Source of the DNA: a virus
Reading direction: 5' to 3' (one strand)
Virus record (IMG/VR): IMGVR_UViG_3300035698_012707
Location: 1-64,000 of that record
DNA length: 64,000 nucleotides
The position numbers and the translations under genes are program-made. The notes below the pieces were generated by a model, which had not been told where the DNA came from, searched no databases, and saw nothing but the letters and a program-made list of their open reading frames with translations. Shown here in pieces: positions 1-10,429 of this stretch (position 1 is its first letter; each line of letters starts with the position of its first letter).

Positions 1-200
1 AATACTTTTATGGGGGTTTTTGTTTGGATAGACCATCTTGCCGAGTACAGTTAGATTATTGTTGCAAGAATTATAAAATTAAAGCAGAAACTTGGGCGGA
101 TGGGTCTGTTTGTGCAGACTAAAGGAGAAAAACCAATGAACAATGAAGTGAGGGTAAATATAGATATTGTTTCAGGAGTAGAAGGACTTTCAATATACAT

Positions 201-560
201 AGATGTACTAGGATTTGCAGTGCATTACAAGAGAAGGGCTTTGCTTCAACCAATATAGTATTTGGTATAGGATCATATACATATCAGTATACAACAAGAG
301 ATACTTTTGGTTTCGCCATGAAAGCTACCTATGGTGAAGTAAATGGAGAACCTAAAGATATATACAAAGATCCTAAGACAGACGATGGTCTTAAAAAGTC
401 AGCAAAAGGATTATTAAGAGTCACGGATGATCTTAAGTTAGAAGAATGTGTATCGTGGGAAGAAGAAAAAACTGGAGCTTTAGTTACTTATTTCCGCGAT
501 GGTAAAGTAGTAAGAGAAGACACTTTAGAAGAAATACGCCAGAAACTCTTAGCTCAATAA
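201..560 (+). pseudogene. 3' fragment of nicotinamide phosphoribosyltransferase (NAMPT/NadV)
   Basis: The frame of ORF 318..560 extends upstream as RCTRICSALQEKGFASTNIVFGIGSYTYQYTTRDTFGFAMKAT...KDPKTDDGLKKSAKG, typical of the NAMPT C-terminus. It is closed by TGA at 144-146, so the N-terminal majority is missing here. Confidence 0.75.
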
Positions 561-570
561 GGAGACAGTA

Positions 571-780
571 ATGTGGGATGAAGAAAACAATGATAACAAC
601 ATAATAAGACCTTGTCCATTCTGTGGAGGAGAAGCAGAAGAAGATAGGTCTTGCACTGAAGAACTAGAATACTCCTTAGAATGCAAAGATTGTGGAGCTT
701 GTCTATATAGAGATAATGACGGAAGTGAGGATTTTAAACTTCAAGTAATTAAAGCATGGAACAGGAGGACAGATGGTTAA
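571..780 (+). CDS. Lar-like (restriction alleviation) zinc-ribbon protein with N-terminal WDEENN tag
   Basis: PCPFCGGEA...CKDCGA...IKAWNRR pattern; AGGAG SD upstream. Confidence 0.7.
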   Translation: MWDEENNDNNIIRPCPFCGGEAEEDRSCTEELEYSLECKDCGACLYRDNDGSEDFKLQVIKAWNRRTDG

Positions 781-1201
781 GACAATAGCTGAAGAGATAG
801 CAAGAGAAGCACATAAAGGTCAGCATAGATGGGGCGGAGAACCATATATATCTCATCCTGAAGCCATTGTTGAACAACTAAAGTTAGAGAACTGGGACTG
901 TGTTAACAACGATGACCTTATCGCAACAGCATGGTTGCATGATGTAATGGAAGATGTTGGAATCACTGGCTTAGAGTTATTACATAAGAAGATACCATTA
1001 GATGTAATCATTGCTGTTATAGCAATGACTAAATTGCCATATGAAGACTATTTAGACTATATATTAAGAGTAAGGCTTAATGAAATAGCAAGAATAGTAA
1101 AATTAGGTGATATTACACATAATTTATCAACACTAAGAGGCGACCAAAAAGATAGAGCAGCGAAATATAAATTAGCTAAATATATATTAGTTCAACTGTA
1201 G
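773..1201 (+). CDS. HD-domain hydrolase, RelA/SpoT small-hydrolase (Mesh1-like) type
   Basis: AHKGQHR..GEPYISHP, AWLHDVMED and VKLGDITHN motifs. Confidence 0.8.
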   Translation: MVKTIAEEIAREAHKGQHRWGGEPYISHPEAIVEQLKLENWDCVNNDDLIATAWLHDVMEDVGITGLELLHKKIPLDVIIAVIAMTKLPYEDYLDYILRVRLNEIARIVKLGDITHNLSTLRGDQKDRAAKYKLAKYILVQL

Positions 1202-1210
1202 GAGAACATA

Positions 1211-3123
1211 ATGAATAAGGTTTTTTGTGGAAATTGTAAATATTATGTACCAATGACTTGTAATTACGGCGGAGATTATTGTGACAAGAAAATAGGATCA
1301 CACTATGAAGCGTACGGTGAAGAATTTGATAGAATAATAGATTATAAAGAAGCCAACGCTGAAAATAATTGCAAACATTATAAACGCATATGGTGGTTAT
1401 TTTGGAATAAGGAGGTAAAGTGAGCGAAAGAACAGAGTATTTTAAAAGATTAATGAAAAAAGCTTTAATAATATACGATAGTCTTGGTCCTAATGAATCA
1501 GAAGACGCAAAGGAATACATAGATAGTATGGACGTTAAACATGATCATAGACCATTTTATACAGACGATGCTGTTCCTTGCAAATGTGGAGAAAGATCTG
1601 ATGTAGTAGCATTTAGCGATAAGAACTATTGTTGCGATTGCTTACACTTCATAGAGAAGGAGAAAAATGTGGAAAGATAAAACGTGTGAATTGTGTATGT
1701 ACAACATAGATACAAGATGTAGAAAATTCCCAATAAGTACAACCGAATGGGAAATTGTAAGTTACTTAAGAACATATATAATAGAACACACTGTAAATGA
1801 AGGAGTTAGAATGACTTCATCAAAAGCTTGTGCAGAATATAAAGAGAGTAACTAATGAAATACATAGAACAGTTAACAAAATACGTAGAACGATTGGTTA
1901 ATACAATTTTAGTACTTATGATGCTTTGTCTAGTGTACAGTATTTTTGCAAGTTATATAATACCAGAACTTAAAGAAGGAGATGTGTCGCTAATATCCAA
2001 GGGATGGAGGAACAATAATGAACAGAGATAAATTTGAAAAATATTGCTTAGAACACGATTGGACTGTAGAGGGCCTAGAAGGACAAATAGTTGTAAGCAA
2101 AGGTAAAGAGTCATTTAAAGAACATCTTCATGTAGGAATGAGGCTAGGAGAACTAGTAGACAAAATGAAACACGCAGACTACGGGAAAGATGAAGTGCAG
2201 GGAAAGTTTCCTTTCACAAAATCCGATGAGTTACAAATGTAAGGAGGAGTTTTATGGTATCAAGAGTAAGAATAAACAGCAGAGTGCTGCCAAGGGATGA
2301 ACATGTATCAAGAGGTGTAACAGCAAGTCTTAATCCGACGCACAGACCATGGACATACAAGCTTAATTATAAGTCAGGCACATCAAGAACAAGAATTATG
2401 GATGTTATGGCCCACAATAGGCTAGAGATGTTTGCCAAGATGATAACAGACCACGCAGAAGAAGGAAGAGACTTCTTTGTATGGAATGTATCAAGAACAT
2501 TGAGATATCAGTCAAAAGTAAGAGACTATTAACAAAATAGAGAAAATAACGTTCTAGCGTTAGGTAAGATAGGTTGTGTTAATCGAAATGGACACCTGAA
2601 TAAGGAACTAGAAAGTCCATCTTAGATGGTGCAGGGTGGGGAATCCTGCTTTTCTCTGTTAAAATATTGGAGGTATGCCATGCGAATAACATTGTTAGTA
2701 TTTTTACCGTGGGTTGTGTTTGGACTATTGTCTTTAGTGCAATGGTGGAGCACATGGATAAATGTAACTATATCGTTTTTAATGCAAGTAATTTATTTTT
2801 TATCATTATATATTATAGGTTTATTTACAGATTATGATGAGGTAGAAAAAGAGACGGCTATTGAAAGAGCCAAAAAAGTAATAGGATAGGAGGAAACAAT
2901 GTTAAAACTATTTAAAATAGAATTAGAATTATGTGGTCCAGAAGAGACCAACAGTGAAGATGTATATGAATACATTAAGTCATTAACTAGAGAGAGCGAT
3001 ATCTCAGATATGAATGACATATTTGCTGTCGGCGGCATAGAAGTAGTGGAAGAAGGCGAAACAACTGTTGAGCAATGGAATGGTGATCCCGTTGACGAAA
3101 TAGATGTAGAGGATTTGACATAA
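1211..3123 (+). CDS. Run of about eight short hypothetical phage ORFs (1211-1423, 1420-1680, 1667-1855, small ORF from 1855, 2018-2242, 2254-2532, 2680-2889, 2899-3123)
   Basis: Abutting or overlapping start/stop codons with GGAG/GGAGG SD sites; several are Cys-rich. Confidence 0.65.
2536..2660 (+). ncRNA. Putative structured intergenic RNA
   Basis: Closing stem AATAGAGAAAA/TTTTCTCTGTT; inner stems TTCTAG/CTAGAA, CCATC-TTA-GATGG and GCAGG/CCTGC. Confidence 0.4.
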
Positions 3124-3521
3124 TGGATACAGAAGATCATGCAGACATAATGTCTCTTTTAAATATGCACCAAGATACTATAATACCCGTAACGCTACGC
3201 GAAGGTAGCATAGTTCCTGAAGATATGCAAAATGATTCAGATGGTCCTTATGTTCATGCAGATGAAAGAACATGTAACCATTGCGTAAGGCTAAGTTCAT
3301 GTTGGAGCGATGTAAACGTAGGTAGTATTCCGTTCAATTTTAGATATCGTTCAGGATGGGATGAAGACAGATATTTACATCATATGCGTGGTGTTACTGG
3401 GCAAATATGTGGTAACTTTCAACATAGAAATGGAGAAATTAATACACGACACGTACAGGCTGAACGCCGACGAAGAGAAGAAAATGGTGAAGGTAATGAA
3501 TGGGATGAAGAACAAAACTAA
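3123..3521 (+). CDS. Hypothetical protein, C-terminal tag WDEEQN
   Basis: ORF track; ends NEWDEEQN*. Confidence 0.75.
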   Translation: MDTEDHADIMSLLNMHQDTIIPVTLREGSIVPEDMQNDSDGPYVHADERTCNHCVRLSSCWSDVNVGSIPFNFRYRSGWDEDRYLHHMRGVTGQICGNFQHRNGEINTRHVQAERRRREENGEGNEWDEEQN

Positions 3522-3774
3522 AGTAAAAATTGGAGATAGAATAAAAATATTGGCAGCCTCCGATGGTGCAACAGGAGCAAATGATTGTATTGGTACAATT
3601 TTATCGTTGTTTCCTGATCCAGACATAAAAACACCACACGGTACCGGAAGAAATGATACTGGAATAATAGTACGAATAAAAGATTGCAAATATGGAGGCG
3701 GTATCTGGAATATCGGACCAAACCCTACATTTGAATTAATTGAAACAGAGTGGGACGAGGAGAACAATGTATAA
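3505..3774 (+). CDS. SH3/KOW-like small beta protein, C-terminal tag WDEENN(V)
   Basis: KVKIGDRIKIL start motif; start 3505 or 3484 more likely than 3361. Confidence 0.7.
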   Translation: MKNKTKVKIGDRIKILAASDGATGANDCIGTILSLFPDPDIKTPHGTGRNDTGIIVRIKDCKYGGGIWNIGPNPTFELIETEWDEENNV

Positions 3775-4015
3775 TATAGGAGACAGAGTAAAGTCTAAAT
3801 TAGATGGTGACGTATCAATGAATGAATGGTATTCTGGTAAAATAATACAAATAATAAAAGATGAACTTGAAACTACAGTATTTATAATGCGAGATGATGG
3901 CGAAAAAGGAAGTGGACCAAAGGGATCTTGGAAATGTAATATGCTGTCTAATAACAAAAACTCGATACAATTGTTAGATCAAGACTGGGATCCGGAGGAG
4001 AATAATGACAATTAG
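3767..4015 (+). CDS. SH3/KOW-like protein, C-terminal tag WDPEEN(NDN)
   Basis: MYNIGDRVKSK after GAGGAG SD. Confidence 0.75.
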   Translation: MYNIGDRVKSKLDGDVSMNEWYSGKIIQIIKDELETTVFIMRDDGEKGSGPKGSWKCNMLSNNKNSIQLLDQDWDPEENNDN

Positions 4016-4253
4016 AGTAGGAGATATAATAAAAAAAAGAACAAACTCCAGGATTCAGCCAGAAGAAACAACAATAGTTAGACATGTCGGTATACTTAAT
4101 GGGTGTGGACATCCTGATAGTATATGGTCAGAATTTGATTCAAAGTGGAATGGGGATAGGAAAGCAGCAAGCAATGGTGGTTGTCTTACTTATAGAAACT
4201 TAAGCCGTGTTGTGTTAGTTACGGATTGGGACGCGGAGGACAATAATGTTTAA
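4005..4253 (+). CDS. Small beta protein, C-terminal tag WDAEDN(NV)
   Basis: MTIRVGDIIK; GGAGGAG SD. Confidence 0.75.
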   Translation: MTIRVGDIIKKRTNSRIQPEETTIVRHVGILNGCGHPDSIWSEFDSKWNGDRKAASNGGCLTYRNLSRVVLVTDWDAEDNNV

Positions 4254-4491
4254 AGTTGGAGATACAGTAAAAATAAATATGAAAAGAATAAAAGCTTCTG
4301 ATTGGCATGGTTTTGGTAGTTGTGTACGTGACCAAATAATAAAATGGGAAGAAGAAAAAGTAAAACTTAAAGTAACTCGTGCTCAAAGAACTATAAGTAT
4401 AGTAAACGAAGACGGGAAAAGTTGTGGAGCTAGTTTTTATGAACATGAACTAACTTTAGTACAAGAAGACTGGGACAAGGAGAATAACTAA
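4246..4491 (+). CDS. SH3/KOW-like protein, C-terminal tag WDKENN
   Basis: MFKVGDTVKI...FYEHELTLV. Confidence 0.75.
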   Translation: MFKVGDTVKINMKRIKASDWHGFGSCVRDQIIKWEEEKVKLKVTRAQRTISIVNEDGKSCGASFYEHELTLVQEDWDKENN

Positions 4492-4835
4492 TGAAATTAA
4501 TTATAGCAAGAACAAGTAAATGCGTTCATCTACTATGGAGAGATACTTGGTCATTCTTGGAATACTACTATTGGGGCATACTAGCACTAACGTTTGCATT
4601 TGGTATATGTACATGTGGTATTTGTGCAGCAGGAATTAGTTCTCCAGATGGTTTTGCTTCATTAAAACCTTGGGTCAGTAAAACATTTAGTATTGCATCA
4701 TTTATGGTATTATCTTCTCTGGCAATATCCTTCATGATTTGGAGTTCATATCCACTTAGATGGATAAGAGATAGCTGGAGAAAAGCGTGTCAATTTATAC
4801 CAAAACCAGACGTCTGGGATAGAGAAGATAACTAA
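4491..4835 (+). CDS. Two-TM membrane protein, C-terminal tag WDREDN
   Basis: Two hydrophobic segments; ends DVWDREDN*. Confidence 0.7.
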   Translation: MKLIIARTSKCVHLLWRDTWSFLEYYYWGILALTFAFGICTCGICAAGISSPDGFASLKPWVSKTFSIASFMVLSSLAISFMIWSSYPLRWIRDSWRKACQFIPKPDVWDREDN

Positions 4836-5053
4836 TGACTAATTTTAAAGTAGGTCAAACGGTAAGATGTATTGTTAATGAAGATGCTCAACATGAAAGA
4901 CCTGGATCTGGATGGACAGAAGGATATAAATTTATAATAAAAAAAGTTACAAATGGATCTCCTAAAATATATTGGCCGGGAGAAAATCTTAACGGAATAT
5001 TCGAAGAACACGTAGAATTAGTAAACACAGACTGGGATAATGAGACAAACTAG
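4835..5053 (+). CDS. SH3-like protein, C-terminal tag WDNETN (paralogue of next gene)
   Basis: FKVGQTVRCI..GSGWTEG..YWP..GIFEEHVELV. Confidence 0.75.
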   Translation: MTNFKVGQTVRCIVNEDAQHERPGSGWTEGYKFIIKKVTNGSPKIYWPGENLNGIFEEHVELVNTDWDNETN

Positions 5054-5069
5054 TGGAGGTATTGTTGGT

Positions 5070-5321
5070 ATGGCTAAGTTTAGAGTAGGTCAAATAGTAA
5101 AATGTATTGATCCAATTAACCCCCGAGATAACGGAGAAAACGGTGGTGGAGGCGGATGGAAAGAAGGACGTAGATTTAAAATCGGACGTATAACTAATAC
5201 CGGAGATGATCGCGTACCAATTGTGTGGCCTTTTGACGAAAGAACTGGTATTGTAACGGCTGGTGTTTGGGAAGATTACGTAGAATTAGTAAGTACAGAA
5301 TGGGACGAAGAAACTAACTAA
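5070..5321 (+). CDS. SH3-like protein, C-terminal tag WDEETN
   Basis: FRVGQIVKCI..GGGWKEG..VWP..GVWEDYVELV; GGAGG SD. Confidence 0.75.
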   Translation: MAKFRVGQIVKCIDPINPRDNGENGGGGGWKEGRRFKIGRITNTGDDRVPIVWPFDERTGIVTAGVWEDYVELVSTEWDEETN

Positions 5322-5887
5322 GGAGGACTAATGGATATTCTTAATAGCCTGAGAGCAGAATTTGATGTGCTCAATGATAAGCTAGATTTCATTGTAATCG
5401 CAATCAAAGAAAAAGAAATCAACAAACATCAATTTGATAAGTATATCAGTATTGATGCGAAGAGAGAAGACATTGATTACAACGAAGAAGGAGAGAAATA
5501 AACATGAAGATAAAAAGAAGAATAAACAAAGGTCAAAAAGAGGTAGTAGAAACTGTAGAACTAGTAAAGAAAAGCGCAAACAGTGTTCTAGTGAAACTTA
5601 AAAATGGAGACGTGATCAAAAGAAAGCTTAAGGATATTGTGGAGCAATAATGGAATATACAATAAACTCTGTTGAGATTATGATAACAATACCAAAAAAA
5701 GAAAATTCTTACCAAGAGGCTAAAGAAAAGCTAAGGAAAGAATTAAATGATCCTGATTTTGGTGATGGCTTAGGATACGGATTAATTAAAAACTATAATC
5801 TAGACGAAATAGATTATGACGATGAAGATGAAAATAATTATCAGCTTAGAATAGTATATACCTATTAACTTTAAGGGGATATTGGTA

Positions 5888-6323
5888 ATGAAAGTATTTG
5901 AAGGTAAAGGAACCCATAGACATACATCATAACTATGCTGCTATGGAACATCACTTCGGTAAGAATGTAATGGTTCATCGCAAGGGTGCTACATCAGCAA
6001 GACTTGATGAGCTTGGAATTATTCCCGGGTCACAAGGAACCTCGTCTTATATTGTTAAAGGTAAGGGTGAAGCGGAAAGCTTTACGTCTTGTTCTCATGG
6101 AGCAGGCAGAAGAATGGGGAGAAAACAGGCGTGCCGGGAGTTGAGCTTTAAAAACGAAGTTAAGAAGCTTGAAGATCAAAATATATTGCATAGTATAAGA
6201 ACTGAAAAGCAGCTCGATGAAGCAAGCGGAGCATACAAAGACATAGACGTAGTAATGGAAGAACAAAATGACTTGGTTGACATAGTTGTTAAATTACAAC
6301 CATTGGCTTGTATTAAGGGATAA
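5888..6323 (+). pseudogene. rtcB: RtcB RNA ligase relic (C-terminal third only)
   Basis: HHNYA..EHHFG..VHRKGAT, IIPGSQGT.SY, SCSHGAGRRM and DEASGAYKDIDVVM are RtcB motifs; the N-terminal metal-binding part is absent. Confidence 0.8.
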
Positions 6324-6333
6324 TGGAGGAATA

Positions 6334-7118
6334 ATGATTAAATGTGCTTTTTGTAAAGATAGCGGTAAGTGTTGTTTAGGTTGTGATTTTAGATATACTT
6401 ATGGAAAATTCTGGAAATATACATGGTATCGCATAGCCGATAACTGGAATAGTTTTTTAGATAATAATCTTAAGCTTCACTGGTAACTTGGAGTATAAAA
6501 TGACAAAGAAAAAAATATTATGCAAATGCGGAAAAGATTACTACGGAAAAAACAAAAAAGTAAGATTAGATATGGGTGGTTCTACCATTTCTAATGGAAA
6601 GTATTATTATAACGATTTCCATGGATATGTAATAGAACAAATGTGTTCGACATGCAATCGTACTGATTATGTAAAATGGAAAAGAGATGGTGAAAAATGG
6701 AGCAATACATATCCCGAAAATAGGATGGTACAATGAGAAAAACTATGATTGCAATATGTATGTTAATATCGCTAGCAATCCTTTTAAACTCTAGCGGATG
6801 TTGTTATTTTGCCGGCGTTGGAATGGAGAATGCGAAGATAAAGAACCAAGCAAAATCGGATGCATGGCACAAAAGAGCATGTGATACAATGAGTAATTTT
6901 TAAAATTAGGAGAAAGAATCATGAATTATAAAACGGAAAAAGAATATGATGATTTTTGTGAAAATATAGTATCAAAATTTGAATACTTATACACAAGATT
7001 ACCAAAAAAAGTAATATCAGTTATAGTAACTATTTGTTTTCGCACTATGATTGTATTATTAAAAATACATACATTTTTAAATAACATTATTAAGAAGATA
7101 AACGTAAACAAAAAATGA
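6334..7118 (+). CDS. Short hypothetical ORFs
   Basis: ORF track 6286-6486, 6488-6736 and 6921-7118, with SD sites. Confidence 0.55.
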
Positions 7119-7319
7119 AGACAGTAATTCTCATTAGAGGAAATGAATTTATATGAGCAATAAAACGGAAAATGTAAAAATGTTTTTCACAGTAATATGG
7201 TTATTAGTTTTTATGTTGTTAACGTTTATAAGTTTCTTTGCATATATTATATTCGTATTTCCAATATTGATAATAATTCAATTAATAAAAAACATTAAAA
7301 ATACAATAAAGAAGGAAAA

Positions 7320-7589
7320 ATGAGCCTTAAAGAAATATCAAACAATGATGAACCAGGATTTTGTCCTAGATGTAATCGACTACTAGAGTACGGTAGCACC
7401 AGGAATATAGGTGATAGCTATTCATATGAATGTTGGTGTACGTGGAAAGGATGTGATTGGCGGGGATACGAAGTGTATGATCTGCTATTTAATTGTTTTA
7501 TGGAGAACGATAACGAGGAGGTACGAAATGAGAGAAGAACTGATAATAGGAGCAAGAGTTATCCACAATGGGATAGCAAAGGTAATTGA
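7320..7589 (+). CDS. Zinc-ribbon protein, C-terminal WDSKGN overlapping next gene
   Basis: CPRC...CWCTWKGC. Confidence 0.65.
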   Translation: MSLKEISNNDEPGFCPRCNRLLEYGSTRNIGDSYSYECWCTWKGCDWRGYEVYDLLFNCFMENDNEEVRNERRTDNRSKSYPQWDSKGN

Positions 7590-7950
7590 TGAAATACATG
7601 GTGATGTTATAATTCTTAATGATAAAAGTGTTGTTAGGTCATCAGATATTAGTATCGAGGCATCACAACCAGAAGAGACAGAACCTCAAGAACCAGCAAA
7701 TGAAGAGTTTGAAAATGCACAAGCTACAGTGAAAATTGAATTAAGACGACATATAGAAGAACTTAATGAAGATTCTCCAGCTATTGCTGTATTTGCATTG
7801 ATTCAAGAAGTTGATCCAAGCATTACTATTGCTACACTTGAAGCTATGACAGTAGCTGCTATGCAGAAAAAATTACTACACATAGCTGTAACAACTGGAA
7901 AAATAAATCGTAAAAGATGTGGTGAATGTGGTCAGACAGTTCCAGAATAA
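7528..7950 (+). CDS. Hypothetical protein with C-terminal CxxC
   Basis: GAGGAGG SD before ATG 7528. Confidence 0.7.
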   Translation: MREELIIGARVIHNGIAKVIDEIHGDVIILNDKSVVRSSDISIEASQPEETEPQEPANEEFENAQATVKIELRRHIEELNEDSPAIAVFALIQEVDPSITIATLEAMTVAAMQKKLLHIAVTTGKINRKRCGECGQTVPE

Positions 7951-8143
7951 GGAGAAATTATGTCAGCACAGGATGGAAATAAGCTTTCAAAAGCATTGGA
8001 TAGGCTAATAGACTATTTCAGCGAGAAACATGAGATAACGTATGCTGAAACTATTGGTGTATTGCAAATGAAGATTATGGACTTATGGGATATCGCTCCA
8101 AAAGAAAACGAAGAATGTGAAGAGGACAATTGTGAGGAGGACA

Positions 8144-8731
8144 ATGATGAGCGATTGGGATAAACCAGACAATCATACAAACACAATAGGATATCTAACA
8201 TTATATCAATCAAATTACGATGATGGTTTATCGGATTTTGTTTATAAATTTGATTGGGAAGACATGAAAAATGTAACACATGATCTTAATGCTTACATAG
8301 AAAGTATGTTAGAATCTCACAGTGGAGAAGATATAACTGACGAGTGTGATTTGATAGGAATAAATTCAAACAGCTTTCAGGAACACCAAAAAGCATACAA
8401 TCGAAAACATCATACGTTTTTAGAATGGGATAGTGAACACCATATTCCAGAAATGAGCGTTCTTGAACAAATGGATGGAATGATAATAGAAACAGGCGGA
8501 GGGATACACTTTATAAAAGAAAACAAATTATTATCCGGAGATTTAATAACACAAATGCGTGAATGGAAATGTTGTGATGGATTTATTGAATACTCACGCA
8601 GAAAGGGACATGCTACGTTAAGAGTATCACCAAAAGAAAATAACAACAGATTGAAGATAATAAAAAATAAAGAAGGCTTTATATACTCTGTATACAGAGA
8701 ACTTATAGAAAGCTTAAATGATTCTATATAA
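8144..8731 (+). CDS. Hypothetical protein, N-terminal tag WDKPDN
   Basis: GAGGAGG SD then MMSDWDKPDN. Confidence 0.7.
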   Translation: MMSDWDKPDNHTNTIGYLTLYQSNYDDGLSDFVYKFDWEDMKNVTHDLNAYIESMLESHSGEDITDECDLIGINSNSFQEHQKAYNRKHHTFLEWDSEHHIPEMSVLEQMDGMIIETGGGIHFIKENKLLSGDLITQMREWKCCDGFIEYSRRKGHATLRVSPKENNNRLKIIKNKEGFIYSVYRELIESLNDSI

Positions 8732-8748
8732 AAAGAGGAGATTCGCTT

Positions 8749-9453
8749 ATGTCATTGTTAGACAAGAAAGATATTAATATTCTTTTAGAAGCAGGATTCG
8801 ATGAATCCGATTTAGGATTAGTTTCCGGCGGGAAGAGAGGAATAGAATTATATGCTTCCCCTGAAGATTATTTTGCAAAAGAGCTTATAGAGAATGCGTG
8901 TGAACAAGGCGAATGTGATTTATATGATGAAGTTATTCCAAACGAGCCCACAGAACCATACGACAATAACAGAATGGGGCTATATGAGGATCAAGAGTAT
9001 CCAGGCAATGAAGATCCAACGATAGATGTTCCAATCGACTTAAGAAACCAAGTAGAGTGGTTGGGAACTATAAATATAGGTAAGATGACATTATGGAAGA
9101 CTCGTAAAAATAACTTTTTTAATGACCAAGTAAAAAGAGTTATTCTAGACATATCTCAAGAAGAAAAGAGAAAAATGAATAGAATACCATGGGCTAACAG
9201 AAAAGAAGCATGGAAAGCACACGCTAGAGATGCTTGGGGTGAATTGTGGAAGAATGCTGTTAGCACATTATATAGTAAGCATTGTGAGAGGATAGTTATC
9301 GGCGGGAAAAAGAAATACAATTTAATAATAATAGAAACTGCTGATATGAGAGATATAGGTCATAAAGTACCAGAAGAATGTAAGTGGATAACTATGCTAT
9401 ATTTTGAAAAACAAAAGATGAAACCGTTAATACGACCTAGGAGTAGTTTATGA
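8749..9453 (+). CDS. Hypothetical protein
   Basis: 234-aa ORF, GAGGAG SD. Confidence 0.75.
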   Translation: MSLLDKKDINILLEAGFDESDLGLVSGGKRGIELYASPEDYFAKELIENACEQGECDLYDEVIPNEPTEPYDNNRMGLYEDQEYPGNEDPTIDVPIDLRNQVEWLGTINIGKMTLWKTRKNNFFNDQVKRVILDISQEEKRKMNRIPWANRKEAWKAHARDAWGELWKNAVSTLYSKHCERIVIGGKKKYNLIIIETADMRDIGHKVPEECKWITMLYFEKQKMKPLIRPRSSL

Positions 9454-9665
9454 GTGATACAAAAAGAATAGCACAAAGACATGGCTATGTTGATCATAAG
9501 TCATCTTGCAACGGGGCTACGGTTTGTGTAAAATGCGGTCGTAGAGGATGCCCAGTATGTATATTCGATCGTGGAATGTGTGTAGTTTGTACTGGTAAGT
9601 GGGATGAAAGAGATATTAGTTTATTTACTGTTGGGAGTGGAGACTGGGATGACGAGACAAATTAG
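9450..9665 (+). CDS. Cys-rich protein, C-terminal tag WDDETN
   Basis: Three CxxC pairs; ends GDWDDETN*. Confidence 0.7.
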   Translation: MSDTKRIAQRHGYVDHKSSCNGATVCVKCGRRGCPVCIFDRGMCVVCTGKWDERDISLFTVGSGDWDDETN

Positions 9666-10159
9666 GAATAATTCATAATGTTAACTAAAATAGAAATGGA
9701 TCAATTAGAATGGTCTATCAAGACAATGGGTGGTACTATAATTAATGATGATAAACATATACCAATGATTAATGTAATTGGTTTATTACAAAGATATACC
9801 GAAGGCACAAAGGAGAATAAAAATGGCACTAAAATCTAAGAAAGCAATGAAAAAATTATGGAGAGATAAATTTAAAGAAGTAAATGGAGAGTACCCTGAA
9901 CCAAGATTTATGTCAAACAATGGTGTTGGTAAAATGCAAAAGTTCTCTCTTAAGAAGAATGTTTACAAAATATCAAACCAAAAAGGTGCCTTTGGAGACA
10001 GAACTAGAGACAATGATGGTATGGTTTACCAGACATTTAGTGAAACTAATCATGAAAGACATTTAAAACGAAGAAAACGAAGGGAAGAAAGCAAAATAGT
10101 CCCACAATCTGTTGTAGAAGGTGCAAAAGGATTGTTAGCTAGAACATTAGGAGCATAGA

Positions 10160-10429
10160 ATGAGCAATGGGTGGGACAACCAAGACAATAGAGGAGAAAG
10201 AATGTTCATATTAAGTGAGAATAATAAAAATAACATAATTATATGTATTGCTGGAGTTATTGCGGTTGCGTTTGTGTGTGCATGCTTTTATGGTACGACA
10301 TTACAAATTCAAGAAACAAATAGAAAATTTATTGCAGAAGGATACGAATATAAGCCAATAATAGAAAAAGAAATAGACACCGAAATAGACACTACTATGT
10401 CATGGGTTAAGACAGCTGGAGAAAAATAA
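10160..10429 (+). CDS. Single-TM protein, N-terminal tag WDNQDN
   Basis: MSNGWDNQDNRGERMFILSE; paralogue of next gene. Confidence 0.7.
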   Translation: MSNGWDNQDNRGERMFILSENNKNNIIICIAGVIAVAFVCACFYGTTLQIQETNRKFIAEGYEYKPIIEKEIDTEIDTTMSWVKTAGEK

